Assembly (NCBI GenBank): GCA_964505975.1
Contig: CAZDLW010000003.1
Span: 2,947-66,946 of the forward strand
DNA: 64,000 nt
From: an uncultured Bifidobacteriaceae bacterium
GTDB taxonomy: Bacteria > Acidobacteriota > Vicinamibacteria > Vicinamibacterales > UBA2999
Direction of reading: 5' to 3'
The position numbers were made by a program, and so were the translations under genes. Positions 39,774 to 50,336 of this stretch are shown here, in pieces. Under the pieces are notes generated by a model. The model searched no databases. It saw only the letters and a list, made by a program, of their open reading frames with translations, and was not told the DNA's origin. Numbering within the stretch: position 1 is the first letter of the stretch; the number at the start of each line of letters is the position of its first letter.

Positions 39774-41002
39774 GCGCATCGTTCACTGGTACGGCGGCTC
39801 ACAGCCGGTTACTCGTACCGATGTCCAGCCCGGACATCACCGAGGCAGACGTCTCCGCCGTGGCGGCTGTCCTGCGCAGCGGCTGCCTGAGCCTGGGGCC
39901 CCGGCTCGAGGAGTTCGAGCGTCAGGTGGCCGCCTTCACCGGCGCGAAGCACGCGATTGGCGTGTCGAGCGGGACCGCCGGGCTTCATCTAGCCGTGCTT
40001 GCCGCAGGCATCAAAGCCGGCGATCTGGTGATCACGACACCATTTTCTTTCGTGGCGTCGGCGAACTGCGTCCTCTACGAACGCGCGGTCCCTGTGTTCG
40101 TCGACGTGGATCCGATGACCGGCAATATCGATCCAGCGCTCGTGGATCGGGCGGCGCGCGACTTGCGCGCTGGCGGGCCCGCCCGCCGGCGGTGGTTGCC
40201 TCCCGCGCTTCGTGACGACGCCTCCCGCGCCGGAGAATTGAAAGCGATCCTTCCGGTCCATGCCTTCGGTCAGCCCGCCGACATGGATCCCATCCTGGAA
40301 GTGGCTCGCGCGCACGCCCTCGCCGTACTCGAGGATTCCTGCGAGGCGTTCGGGGCCAGCTATACGGGCCGTCGAGCCGGCGCGATTGGCGACGTCGGCG
40401 TGTTCGCGTTCTATCCGAACAAGCAGCTGACGACGGGCGAGGGCGGGATGATCGTCACGGATCACGACGAGTGGGCCTGTCGATTCCGCTCGTGGCGCAA
40501 CCAGGGCCGCGACACGATGGATGCGTGGCTCCAGCACGATCGTCTGGGCTACAATTACCGCATGAACGAGCTGAGCGCAGCGCTGGGCATCGCGCAGCTC
40601 TCGAGAATCGACCGGCTCCTTCATGCGCGCGACCGTGTTGCAGAATGGTACAACGATCGCCTGAGCGCGGTCCCTGGGATTCACGTGCCGCGAATCGTCC
40701 CGACCACGACCCGCATGTCATGGTTCGCGTACGTCGTGCGACTCCTCCGTGGTGTCGATCGCCGGCAGGTGATGGACCGCCTGGCGCAGCAGGGAGTGCC
40801 CTCCCGCGCTTACTTCGCGCCGATCCACCTCCAGCCGTTCTACGCCAGACAGTTCGGCTACACTCGCGGCGATTTCCCTGTCACGGAAGCGCTCGGGGAG
40901 TCGTGTCTCGCGCTGCCGTTCTCGGGGACGCTGACTGAGGAGCAGGTGCACCGCGTCTGTCTCGGGCTGGCGGCTGTGTTCGCCGCGCCCGAGCTCACCT
41001 GA
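39770..41002 (+). CDS. DegT/DnrJ/EryC1/StrS sugar aminotransferase
   Basis: SSGTAGLHL, PVFVDVD, PVHAFGQPADM, EDSCEA, FAFYPNKQLTTGEGG, GYNYRM. Confidence 0.95.
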   Translation: MSASFTGTAAHSRLLVPMSSPDITEADVSAVAAVLRSGCLSLGPRLEEFERQVAAFTGAKHAIGVSSGTAGLHLAVLAAGIKAGDLVITTPFSFVASANCVLYERAVPVFVDVDPMTGNIDPALVDRAARDLRAGGPARRRWLPPALRDDASRAGELKAILPVHAFGQPADMDPILEVARAHALAVLEDSCEAFGASYTGRRAGAIGDVGVFAFYPNKQLTTGEGGMIVTDHDEWACRFRSWRNQGRDTMDAWLQHDRLGYNYRMNELSAALGIAQLSRIDRLLHARDRVAEWYNDRLSAVPGIHVPRIVPTTTRMSWFAYVVRLLRGVDRRQVMDRLAQQGVPSRAYFAPIHLQPFYARQFGYTRGDFPVTEALGESCLALPFSGTLTEEQVHRVCLGLAAVFAAPELT

Positions 41003-42471
41003 TGTCCGTGATACCCGCTCCGCGTGTGCAGGCAACGGCGGGGGTGCGCGCGATCCCTGGGAGCACACCTCTCGCGTTTTTTCCGATACACATCGCGTTC
41101 TCGGGCTTGGTCCTGATGGCCGGCCTCGTCGCGCTCGGCACAGAGGTGTACGAACCCAGTCAGAGCCACGATACGATTGCGCTCGTATCCGGCCTCGTCG
41201 TCATTGCGCTGATTGCCTACGCTCGCTATGTCGTACAGCTCCCGTGGATGTCGGCGTCAGTGGTGTACCTGCTGCTGTTCTGGATGTTCCACTTCGGCAT
41301 GACGTTCACGGCCGTGTTGGTTCCGGACGTGCTCGCGCCCTTCGAGGCATGGGCAATCGAGTGGCTGTACTGGCCGAACGTGCGCATAGCCATGATCCTC
41401 GGAGTGATCGGAGCGGTTGGCTTCGTATTCGGAGTCGGGTTGTTCGGCACGCAGGCGGCCACCAGACGAGCATCACCGGTCGACAACGCACACGATCCGG
41501 CCCTGTATGGCGTCGGATGGATCGTCATGACCGTCGGGATCGCGACCTCGGTTGTGATCGCTGCACAGTATGCCGGTCCGGCCATCTTCTCGATGGGCTA
41601 CATGGCCTTTCTCGGGATGATCTCGGACACGATGCTCTCAACGACCCTCCCCCTGGCGCATGTCGGTTGTCTGCTCGCCATATGCGGCGCCGGTGGGCGC
41701 CGGTGGGTGGCGCCGCTGGCCGTCTGGAGCGTCTTCATCGGGGTCCCCACGCTCGTGCTCGGAGGACGTGCGGGGGCCATGATTTCGGCGGTTGCTTTCG
41801 CTGTCGTTCTGGCCCATCGTGGCGTCCGGTTCCGGCGCAGCCTGCTCGTCGCAGCTGTGCTCGCGTCGCTGATCGTGATCCCGGCTGTTCAAGCATTCCG
41901 TCTCGTGGGCTTCGCCAATCGGTCATTGGTGAGCTGGACGGAGGTCACGCCGCTCGACACGTTCATGGAGCTGGGCGGCTCACTGCAGGCCACCAAGGCC
42001 TACGTGGACTGGATTGAACGCGGCGATCCGTACCTGCTCGGCGCCAGCTATTGGGCTCCCTTCGACCGGCAGGTACTGGTGCGGCTGGTGCCTGGTCGTG
42101 AGGCGATCCCGTACGAGGAGGATCACCGAATACCGTCGCTCAACATCGTCAGCGAAGGGGCCGTAGGACTGTCCGCGACGGGAGAGGCGTATTACAACTT
42201 TGGATCAGTCGGCCCGTTCCTCTACTTTGGCCTGCTGGGCATGCTGTTCGGGTGGCTGGAGCGCCGGGCCGTCACGACACGCCATGGCTGCGCGTTGCTG
42301 GGCACCATGATGTTTCTGTTTTATTTCAACATCCGCGGTGAATGGCTTCCCATCCCATCGCAGATCGCCACCAACCTTGCGCTTATCTGGTTCTGTTACG
42401 CGCTTGGAAGATTCCGTCTCGCGTCAATGAACCGCGAACCATCCGGCAATCCTTTGTACAGGTTCAACTGA
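41002..42471 (+). CDS. wzy: O-antigen/EPS polymerase (Wzy-like)
   Basis: About 11 TMs, GGR motif, large periplasmic loop, GLSATGEAYYNFG. Confidence 0.7.
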   Translation: MSVIPAPRVQATAGVRAIPGSTPLAFFPIHIAFSGLVLMAGLVALGTEVYEPSQSHDTIALVSGLVVIALIAYARYVVQLPWMSASVVYLLLFWMFHFGMTFTAVLVPDVLAPFEAWAIEWLYWPNVRIAMILGVIGAVGFVFGVGLFGTQAATRRASPVDNAHDPALYGVGWIVMTVGIATSVVIAAQYAGPAIFSMGYMAFLGMISDTMLSTTLPLAHVGCLLAICGAGGRRWVAPLAVWSVFIGVPTLVLGGRAGAMISAVAFAVVLAHRGVRFRRSLLVAAVLASLIVIPAVQAFRLVGFANRSLVSWTEVTPLDTFMELGGSLQATKAYVDWIERGDPYLLGASYWAPFDRQVLVRLVPGREAIPYEEDHRIPSLNIVSEGAVGLSATGEAYYNFGSVGPFLYFGLLGMLFGWLERRAVTTRHGCALLGTMMFLFYFNIRGEWLPIPSQIATNLALIWFCYALGRFRLASMNREPSGNPLYRFN

Positions 42472-42559
42472 TGCGACAGCCGCCCGCCGGCATGGTCGTC
42501 CGTGACACGGCGGCGGCGCTCGCGGCAACCTCGCCGGGCTGAAGAACCGCTCTCTGATC

Positions 42560-43699
42560 GTGCAGGTCCAGACCAACGTCGTCGTCGACGCATTCGCCGC
42601 GCGCGTATCGCCACTCCGGCTGTCGATCGTCGTGCCAACGTTCAACGAGTCTCAGAACGTGCACGAACTGTTGCGCCGCGTGGAACAGGCGCTCGGTCCC
42701 AGCGGATGGGAGATCTTGTTCGTCGACGACGATTCTCCTGACGGCACGGCCGCGGTGGTACGGTCGATAGCCCAAGTCGATGTTCGCGTCCGCTGCCTGC
42801 AGCGAGTCGGCCGGCGCGGTCTGTCGTCCGCGTGTATCGAGGGGATGCTCGCCACGGCCGCTTCGGTCATTGGCGTCATGGACGCCGACCTCCAGCATGA
42901 CGAGACCATACTTCCGGCAATGCTCGACGAGATCGAGCGCAATGGGGCAGACGTGGCGATCGCCACGCGATACGCCCAGGGCGGCAGTACGGGGGATTGG
43001 AGCGAGCGGCGCAAAGGCTTTAGTCACCTGGCGACAGCAACAAGCCGGCTGATTGTCAGCCGTCACGTGTCCGATCCCATGAGCGGGTTCTTCCTGATCC
43101 GGCGACGCGTCCTGGAGTCGACGGTCCGTGGTCTCTCGGGCCTGGGTTTCAAGATCCTGATCGATATCCTGGCGACTGCCAAACGGGAACAGCTGCACAT
43201 ATCCGAAGTGCCGTACCGGTTCCGCGATCGCTTCGCCGGAGAGAGCAAGCTCGACGAGATGGTCATCTGGGAATACGGCATGTTGCTGGCCGACAAAGCG
43301 GTCGGACGCTTCGTGCCCGTGCGCTTCATCAGTTTCTCGATCATCGGTGGCCTGGGAGTCATCGTCCATATGACCGTGCTTGCCCTGGCCCTGAACAGCG
43401 TCGGTCTTCGGTTCACGGCAGCGCAATCCATCGCCACCGGTGTCGCAATGGTCTTCAACTTCGCGCTGAACAACGTGCTGACCTATCGTCGCAACCGGCT
43501 GCGAGGCCTGGCGTGGTGGACGGGTCTTGCCGTCTTCATAGCTGCCTGCAGCGTCGGCGCGTTCGCCAATGTGGGGGTGGCGACCTACCTGTTCGATCGC
43601 CATACGGAGTGGATGATCGCAGGGCTTGCTGGCATTCTGGTCGGTTCCGTCTGGAACTACGCCGTGACGCAACTCTACGCCTGGCGCCAGAAGGTATAG
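42560..43699 (+). CDS. Polyprenol-phosphate glycosyltransferase (GT2) fused to GtrA-like domain
   Basis: VVPTFNE, VDDDSPDGT, RRGLSSA, VMDADLQHD, DPMSGFF, GFKIL, GESKLD; C-terminal four-TM GtrA-like region (FNF.LNN..TY, WNY). Confidence 0.9.
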   Translation: MQVQTNVVVDAFAARVSPLRLSIVVPTFNESQNVHELLRRVEQALGPSGWEILFVDDDSPDGTAAVVRSIAQVDVRVRCLQRVGRRGLSSACIEGMLATAASVIGVMDADLQHDETILPAMLDEIERNGADVAIATRYAQGGSTGDWSERRKGFSHLATATSRLIVSRHVSDPMSGFFLIRRRVLESTVRGLSGLGFKILIDILATAKREQLHISEVPYRFRDRFAGESKLDEMVIWEYGMLLADKAVGRFVPVRFISFSIIGGLGVIVHMTVLALALNSVGLRFTAAQSIATGVAMVFNFALNNVLTYRRNRLRGLAWWTGLAVFIAACSVGAFANVGVATYLFDRHTEWMIAGLAGILVGSVWNYAVTQLYAWRQKV

Positions 43700-43701
43700 C
43701 T

Positions 43702-45288
43702 GTGAACGCATCGGTGAGGCTCGTCGAGCGCGAGGCAGCACGTTCGCCCTCGAGTGGGCTCTCCACGAGATATGGACTGTCGTGGGAAGTGGTTGCGCTC
43801 ACGACACTGATAGTTGTCGGCGTGGCGATCCGTCTCCACGAGATCGGCTACAGTTTCGACGGGGACGAAGTCTTTTCCGTCAGACTGGCGAGTAGTTCGT
43901 TTAGCGAGGTCATTTCGCAGTCGCTTCGAGACAGACCACACCCACCTCTTCACAACATCCTGCTGCACCTCTGGATCACGAAGGCGTTCGGCGCGTCGGA
44001 GGCGTCCGTTCGAGCGTTGAGCGTGCTGTTCTCCGCCCTGCTCCTGCTGGTTGCGCATGGTCTGTTTCGCCGTCTGATGCCGGTGTGGACCGCGCTTGGT
44101 GCCGGGGGCATGCTGACCTTGAGCCCTTTCTTCGTCTATTACGGGCAGCAGGCGCGCCCCTACGCACTGATCGCGCTCCTGTCGGCCGCCAACCTCTATG
44201 CGTTCTCGAGGTTGATGGATGATCCGCGCAGTCGTTCTCGTCTCGCGGCGTGGTCTGTCGCCTCGGCCCTGCTCCTGTACTCTCAGTACTTGGGCATCGC
44301 GTTGATCGCTTGCGAGATTCTGTATGCGGCGTGCTTCCTTCGGTTGCGGCGTGGTGCAGTTCTTGCCGGTGGCTTCCTGGCATGCGCTCTCGTACTGCCG
44401 TGGCAGCTCGCTGCCATGGGTGCCCCGGCCTTGGCAGGAGCCGATCCTCTGGATGGCATCGACTGGATGTCAGCTCCTACCGCTCGGATGTTGGTGTCGT
44501 TCTACGTGCACGTTTTCGGGAGTGTGCCTGGGGTCCCTGGCCTGCAACCACCGTGGTTGCTCGTCGTATTGTTGACTACTCTCGGCTGGGCGTACATGCG
44601 GCGCCTTGTCCTCTGGGCACACATTCCCCGCGAGCATGTGTTCGTGATCCTGATTGCGATCGGCGTGCCGCTGATGGTGTGGGCCGGTTCGGTATGGGGG
44701 CCCAAGCCGGTGTTTGCTTCGCGACAACTGATTGGATCGGCCGTGGCGTTCGTAACCCTCATCGGATTGTGTCTGACAGCGCTGCCGAGGCGTGCGGCGG
44801 CCGTGTTCGTGCTGATATTGCTGTTCTGGTCGGCTGCAGCCGTCCCCGAGGCATTCCCCTACAACGCGAAGCCGCCGTGGCGCGACATGGCAGCCGCGAT
44901 TGACGCCAGGTACGGGCCCATAACAGTGGCCGCCCAGGATGTATGGGTGAGCGGACCGCTCGCTCACTATCGCACGGTCGGAGCGGTCACGCTGTGGAGC
45001 GACCTTTTGGATGACGAACGGCGTGAACGAGTGCTGTTCGCGTGTCGTCCAACTCTTTGCCCCGACATCGACGGGGACGCGCTTCGATCACGCCGCGCGC
45101 TCGTGGAAACCTGGTCCTGGGGCGATCTCGGTCTCCAGCTCCATCTCTTCGAGATTGCCGCCGAACACGTTGCAGAGGACGCACGCGGGGCAGCTCCGCT
45201 CGACCAACAACAGCAGACGCCACGGCGCTCCAGCCACGTTGGAGGTGCTCGGCAGCGATTCGACTCGCACGGGACACCGGCTACCTGA
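43702..45288 (+). CDS. GT-C (GT39/ArnT-like) lipid-donor glycosyltransferase
   Basis: FDGDE, HPPL, E.SVR.LS, YGQQARPYAL, multiple TMs. Confidence 0.8.
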   Translation: MNASVRLVEREAARSPSSGLSTRYGLSWEVVALTTLIVVGVAIRLHEIGYSFDGDEVFSVRLASSSFSEVISQSLRDRPHPPLHNILLHLWITKAFGASEASVRALSVLFSALLLLVAHGLFRRLMPVWTALGAGGMLTLSPFFVYYGQQARPYALIALLSAANLYAFSRLMDDPRSRSRLAAWSVASALLLYSQYLGIALIACEILYAACFLRLRRGAVLAGGFLACALVLPWQLAAMGAPALAGADPLDGIDWMSAPTARMLVSFYVHVFGSVPGVPGLQPPWLLVVLLTTLGWAYMRRLVLWAHIPREHVFVILIAIGVPLMVWAGSVWGPKPVFASRQLIGSAVAFVTLIGLCLTALPRRAAAVFVLILLFWSAAAVPEAFPYNAKPPWRDMAAAIDARYGPITVAAQDVWVSGPLAHYRTVGAVTLWSDLLDDERRERVLFACRPTLCPDIDGDALRSRRALVETWSWGDLGLQLHLFEIAAEHVAEDARGAAPLDQQQQTPRRSSHVGGARQRFDSHGTPAT

Positions 45289-45303
45289 GGTCCAGAGCTC
45301 CAT

Positions 45304-47313
45304 ATGTGCGGCATCGTTGGTATCGTCGGTCTTCCGGGCCCGCTTGACGAAGCGACTCGCGCGGTGTCGGCGATGGCGGCGCAGATCCGGCACCGTGGAC
45401 CCGACGGCGGAGGCGTGGTCACACATCCAGACGCGACGCTGGCAATGACGAGACTGGCGATCGTTGACGTGGAACACGGACATCAGCCCATGGCCAACGA
45501 CGATGGGTCGATCGTGATCGTGTACAACGGGGAGGTCTACAACGCGCCCCTGCTTCGCCGCGATCTCGAGCGGGCGGGCACGCGCTTTCGCACTCGCAGC
45601 GACACCGAAGTCATCCTGCGGCTGTACGAGCGCGATCCCGAGCAGGTGGAGGAGTACCTGGTCGGGATGTGGGCGTTCGCGATCCACGATCGGCGCCGGC
45701 GCCGCCTCGTACTCAGTCGCGACAGATTCGGCATCAAGCCGCTGTTCGTCGCCGACACGGGTTCCGCGCTGACGTTTGCTTCGGAGCTTCGCTGCTTCGA
45801 TCGCAGTCTCGATCCGTTCGCGAGGCTGTTCCGCATCGATCATGACGCCGCGCACGCCATGCTGTCGTGGAGCTACGTGCCGGAGAGCAGCACCATCTAC
45901 GAAGGAGTGACACGCCTGGCGCCCGCCAGTCGACTGACAATCGACCTCGCCAGCGGCAGGCGAGAGCGACGGGCCTACTGGACCCTGGCACCCTCACGCG
46001 ACGCCGCCCGAGTTCAATCTCTCGATGAGGCCTGCGAGCAGGTGGATGTGCTGCTGAGACACGCCGTCAAAGAGCACCTCGAGAGCGACGTGCCAGTTGC
46101 GACATTCCTCTCGGGCGGCATCGACTCGTCGTTGGTGACGGCCTACGCGTACGAAGAAGCAGGGTCGCCCATCAAGGCGTACTCGATCGGCTTTCGCGAA
46201 CGGGAGCTCGACGAGTCGCCGTTCGCCCGGGCGGTTGCCGGGAAGATTGGCGTGCCGATTTGCGTCGAGACTTTCGACGAGGGGAAGGCTCGCGCCAGGC
46301 TGGCGGATGCGCTCCTCGCGTACGACGAGCCCTTCGGAGACTCCTCGAGCCTGGCTACGTACCTGCTCGCCCATCATGTCAGCCGCGACTTCAAAGTCGC
46401 CCTGGGTGGCGATGGGGGCGACGAAGTATTCGCAGGGTACAAGCGGTTCATGATTGTTCACCTACGGCGTCCGCTGGCCGCGATGCCGCGCCTGCGAAAT
46501 GCACTGGGTCGGACACTGAGACGGTTGCCGGCGCATGACGATCGGACGCGGTACTGGACCAATCTGTTACGCCAGGTGCGTCTGTTGGCGAAGGGGCTCG
46601 ACGGGTCCGACGGGCAGGTGTACGCGCGGCTCACACAGTGGGCGCCGCTCGCGTATACCGAGCCGCTGGTGCGCAGGCCCGTCTCGACCGCACGCTTCGA
46701 GGAAGAGGCGTGGAAGCGGTTCAACCAGGCCGAAGGGACGGAGCTTCAACGGTCGCTCGCGACCGACATGGGCAGTCCGCTGTGCAACGACATGCTCGTG
46801 AAAGTCGATAGAGCCAGCATGGCGTGCAGCCTGGAAGCGCGTGTGCCGTTCCTGGACCACCGCCTCGTCGAGTTCGGAGTGGGCCTGCCCGAGAGGTTCA
46901 CGGTGGGACCCCCGGGGAGCGCCTTCAGCGGCAAGCGTGTGCTCAGGGCGTTGCACGAGCGGCGTTTCGGCCCGGAGCTGGCGCACCGCAAGAAGCAGGG
47001 ATTCGGTGTGCCCGTTCAGCAGTGGTTGGCGGGGCCGTTCGATGCCGCTTGTGAGCGCCTCTTCGAGCGGAGGCGGCTCGACCGGTTCGGCATCCTGTCC
47101 AGCGCCGAGCTGTCAGACGGCCGATTCCGTCGTTGGGTAACCGGAGGGCTGCCGTGGATAGCGTGGCATGCCTTTGCGCTTGCCGCCTGGTGCGAGGCGA
47201 CGCTGGGCGACGGGCCGGACGCGCTCCGTGAGCTCATCGAGGAACGCCGGTTCCAACCAGGCGGGATGGCTCCGGCCGCCATCTCGCTGCGCAGTGCTGG
47301 TTCGATGGAATGA
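45304..47313 (+). CDS. asnB: Asparagine synthase-like glutamine amidotransferase
   Basis: MCGIVG, HRGPD, RLAIVD, YNGEVYN, SDTEV, RDRFGIKPL, LSGGIDSS, GDGGDEVFAGY, LEARVPFLD, KKQGF. Confidence 0.95.
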   Translation: MCGIVGIVGLPGPLDEATRAVSAMAAQIRHRGPDGGGVVTHPDATLAMTRLAIVDVEHGHQPMANDDGSIVIVYNGEVYNAPLLRRDLERAGTRFRTRSDTEVILRLYERDPEQVEEYLVGMWAFAIHDRRRRRLVLSRDRFGIKPLFVADTGSALTFASELRCFDRSLDPFARLFRIDHDAAHAMLSWSYVPESSTIYEGVTRLAPASRLTIDLASGRRERRAYWTLAPSRDAARVQSLDEACEQVDVLLRHAVKEHLESDVPVATFLSGGIDSSLVTAYAYEEAGSPIKAYSIGFRERELDESPFARAVAGKIGVPICVETFDEGKARARLADALLAYDEPFGDSSSLATYLLAHHVSRDFKVALGGDGGDEVFAGYKRFMIVHLRRPLAAMPRLRNALGRTLRRLPAHDDRTRYWTNLLRQVRLLAKGLDGSDGQVYARLTQWAPLAYTEPLVRRPVSTARFEEEAWKRFNQAEGTELQRSLATDMGSPLCNDMLVKVDRASMACSLEARVPFLDHRLVEFGVGLPERFTVGPPGSAFSGKRVLRALHERRFGPELAHRKKQGFGVPVQQWLAGPFDAACERLFERRRLDRFGILSSAELSDGRFRRWVTGGLPWIAWHAFALAAWCEATLGDGPDALRELIEERRFQPGGMAPAAISLRSAGSME

Positions 47314-47416
47314 CGGAACTGGCTTCAGGTGCAGGACGAAGCACGGAGCATGTCGATTCGAAGTGTCGAGGTTGGTGGCTCCACGCGACGGGCGAAATGA
47401 GGTCGAGGTCCGGCGG

Positions 47417-48775
47417 ATGTTCCTGATGTCGGATGCGTTTCGTGCACTCGACGAGCGCCATCTGCAGGCGTGGAACTGGCGGTCCGTCAGCATCCTGTTC
47501 ATTTCGTACGACTTCGGCCCTGCCAGCGGCCCGGAGGGGCTCGCCGGGCGTCGGCTGGTCAACTGCCTGCTGGAAGCCGGTGCGCAGGTGCATGTCCTCA
47601 CTGCCGGTGGAGCCGACGAGTGCCGCGACTACGATGCGACTGTCGTGCCACAGCGACCACTCTCGGACAACAAGGTGCTCAGGACCGTGCAGATGGTGCG
47701 GTGTGGTATCCCAGAGGGGGTTGGTCTCTGGGTAGAGCGGGCGGTCTGTGCCGGTATCCGGGTGCTGAAATCGCTTCCCGCCGACACGATCATCTATGGG
47801 CGCGCCATGCCGGCATCGAGCAATATCGCCGCGTGGCACGTCGCGCGATTGAGCGGGCTGCCCTGGGTGGCCCACTTCAGCGATCCGTTCCCGCCCGTTG
47901 AGTACCGGTCTCACCGCTGGAACTGGCTCGCCACCTACAAGTGGCCGATGTTTCAGCGCTGGCGCCGTCGAATTCTCGAAGACGCCGGGGCCCTGAGCTT
48001 CACCAACCCGCACGAAGCCTCGGCCTTTCTGGGACGCGAGCGTGAGCGTTACCTGTCCAAGGCTTTCGTCGTCACGCATCTGCCTTCCGCGACGATGTGG
48101 CCTTCCGCGGCACCGCAGTACGATGTGTTTCACATCGTGCACACGGGCAACTTCTACTTTCTGCCCGGACGTTCTCCAGGTGTCCACACATCCGGAACGG
48201 TTCTGCACGGCCTGCGTCTGTTTCTCGACCGTACTCCGTCGGCGCAGGGGCTCGTTCGCTTCACGCAAGCTGGATGGGCTCATGGCGACGTCGCGGAGTG
48301 GACGGACCGATGCGGGCTGCATGACGTCGTACGCAACGTCGGGCGACTCACACAGCCTGAGGTGATGGCGCTGCTGAACGCCGCGAATCTCCTGATTGCG
48401 GTGGACTACGCGCGTGCGGACAGCACCGCCTTGCTGTCCAAGCTGCCCGACTATATCGGTGCCGGTCGCCCGATTCTTGCCGTCACCGCACGTTCGTCGG
48501 CGATGGGCCGTCTGTTCAACGAGGACGGGGCCGGCCTCATCGCCCACTACGATGCGCCCGAGGAAGTCGCGCAGCGCATCGGCCTGATCTTCGGTGAATG
48601 GCGTGAGCGTCGAGCGGAGGCGTTTCTTCCGCGACCGACGGCAATCGAGTCGTTCATGCCGCAGCGCGTCCTTGCTGAGCTCGCGGGCGCCTGTCTGGTT
48701 GCGCAGCGGGGACGGGGCACCAGTGACGCGGAGACTGCACGTGTCCCCGAACTGGTCGGCGAAGGAACTACCTGA
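47417..48775 (+). CDS. GT4-like glycosyltransferase; start uncertain
   Basis: ILFISYDF.P, PWVAHFSDP, IVHTGNFY, SKL.DY...GRPILA. Confidence 0.75.
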   Translation: MFLMSDAFRALDERHLQAWNWRSVSILFISYDFGPASGPEGLAGRRLVNCLLEAGAQVHVLTAGGADECRDYDATVVPQRPLSDNKVLRTVQMVRCGIPEGVGLWVERAVCAGIRVLKSLPADTIIYGRAMPASSNIAAWHVARLSGLPWVAHFSDPFPPVEYRSHRWNWLATYKWPMFQRWRRRILEDAGALSFTNPHEASAFLGRERERYLSKAFVVTHLPSATMWPSAAPQYDVFHIVHTGNFYFLPGRSPGVHTSGTVLHGLRLFLDRTPSAQGLVRFTQAGWAHGDVAEWTDRCGLHDVVRNVGRLTQPEVMALLNAANLLIAVDYARADSTALLSKLPDYIGAGRPILAVTARSSAMGRLFNEDGAGLIAHYDAPEEVAQRIGLIFGEWRERRAEAFLPRPTAIESFMPQRVLAELAGACLVAQRGRGTSDAETARVPELVGEGTT

Positions 48776-50094
48776 TGAACTCGCTGGTGATGACACACTA
48801 TCGCCCTCACAGACCCGCCAGCGGTGCGGCGCTGCGAAACTGGCAGAACATCAGCGCATTGGCGTCGCTCGGGCCAGTGGACGTCGTGACAGTTGGCGTG
48901 GAGGAGACGGACGAGCCGATCGAGCGCGTGCGCGAGTGGGTACCGTTCCCACTGACTACCCGATCGAGGTGGGACCGCATCAAGACGGTGTGTGCACCGT
49001 TGCGTCCGGGAATCTATCCCGGCATCGATCTGTATCACTCGCAACGTGTCGCCTCGTGGCTGCGGCAGCGTGCGTCGCAGGGCCGGTATGATGTCGCCGT
49101 GATCGAGACCATCTCGTTGGCGTCCTATCTCGACGATTTGAGGTATGCAGCCGATCGGGTCGTGTTCGACGCGCACAACGTGGAGGGTGCTCTGGATACG
49201 ACGGTCGGCAAGGCACTATCCAGCGCTGCATCGCCGAGCGTGGACCCTCTGAAGCGTTGGGTATTGAATCGCCGGTTGATCGCGGCAGAGGGGCGCGTCG
49301 TCAGAGGCGCCGATCTCGTCTGGGTCTGCAGCGACCCCGATGCCCGAGAGATCGCGCAGGTGTACGGCAGGCGAACCGGCCTGACAGTTGTGCCGAACGC
49401 CGTCGATGTCGACGCCTACCGGCGCCCCGGTGCGTCACCTGCGGGAGGCGACTGGAGCCGCATGCCGGTGACGATGGTGTATCCAGCGCTGTTCGCCTAT
49501 TTCCCGAACGAAGACGCCGCACTGCGCCTGATCCGGGAGGTGCTGCCGGCCGTTCGAGCGCGGGGCCACGACGCTCGTGTCGTGCTCGTGGGTCGGGACG
49601 CGACGCCGGCGCTCGTCAACGCAGCCGCGCAGACCGCCGGCGTCGAGCTCACCGGTGCGGTCGAGAGTATCGTGCCGTACTTGGAGCAGCCATGCGTGGT
49701 AACGCTGCCCATCCAGCTGGGAGGCGGAACACGTCTGAAGATTCTCGAGGCCTTTGCGGTTGGCCGGCCGGTCGTCAGTACCGCGAAGGGCGCAGAGGGT
49801 CTCGACACAGTCGATGGCGAACAAATCCTGATCCGCGACGATCCGGATTCGATCGCTGCAGCCGTGGTCGAGTTGTGGCGTCATCCGATCATGCGCGCGA
49901 ACCTCTGCGACAAGGCGCTCCAGCTGGTGCGCTCGCATTATTCATGGCACGTGGCCGCGCAACGGGTCGCTCACAGTCTTGGGGTGGCATCGCCCCGTGC
50001 ACATCCTCCTGATACGATGGGGCCTGCGCGAGCCACCGGGCATGACAGGATTCCGCCGGCTCAGGAGCTCTGCGAGGAGGCATGCTCGCCATGA
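48775..50094 (+). CDS. GT4 glycosyltransferase
   Basis: SG..LR, DAHNVE, VVPNAVD, PN.DA, GGGTRLKILEAFA.G.PVVST.KGAEG, YSW. Confidence 0.9.
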   Translation: MNSLVMTHYRPHRPASGAALRNWQNISALASLGPVDVVTVGVEETDEPIERVREWVPFPLTTRSRWDRIKTVCAPLRPGIYPGIDLYHSQRVASWLRQRASQGRYDVAVIETISLASYLDDLRYAADRVVFDAHNVEGALDTTVGKALSSAASPSVDPLKRWVLNRRLIAAEGRVVRGADLVWVCSDPDAREIAQVYGRRTGLTVVPNAVDVDAYRRPGASPAGGDWSRMPVTMVYPALFAYFPNEDAALRLIREVLPAVRARGHDARVVLVGRDATPALVNAAAQTAGVELTGAVESIVPYLEQPCVVTLPIQLGGGTRLKILEAFAVGRPVVSTAKGAEGLDTVDGEQILIRDDPDSIAAAVVELWRHPIMRANLCDKALQLVRSHYSWHVAAQRVAHSLGVASPRAHPPDTMGPARATGHDRIPPAQELCEEACSP

Positions 50095-50336
50095 CTCGAC
50101 ACCGTCTTCACCGTTGCAGTGCGACCAAGTCCTTTGCTGGCCGATCAGTGCCTCACGCGTCGATCGGCGACACCACCTCGGCCACACGGATAGGACTGCG
50201 GTGTTCGAATGGGTGAGAACACACGGACAATGGACGAGGGCGATCGATCGCGCGTCGAGAACGAGGTGTGCAGAAGTGACAGGCACGCTTGGAGGAACGT
50301 GAAAGAGACATTGCGCCAGTCTTCGAAACGTCGGGG

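Noticed and set aside
45304-47313. AsnB as a lasso-peptide cyclase
   Set aside because: It has an intact N-terminal Cys glutaminase domain (MCG) and I saw no precursor, B protein or RRE nearby; it fits a polysaccharide amidotransferase.
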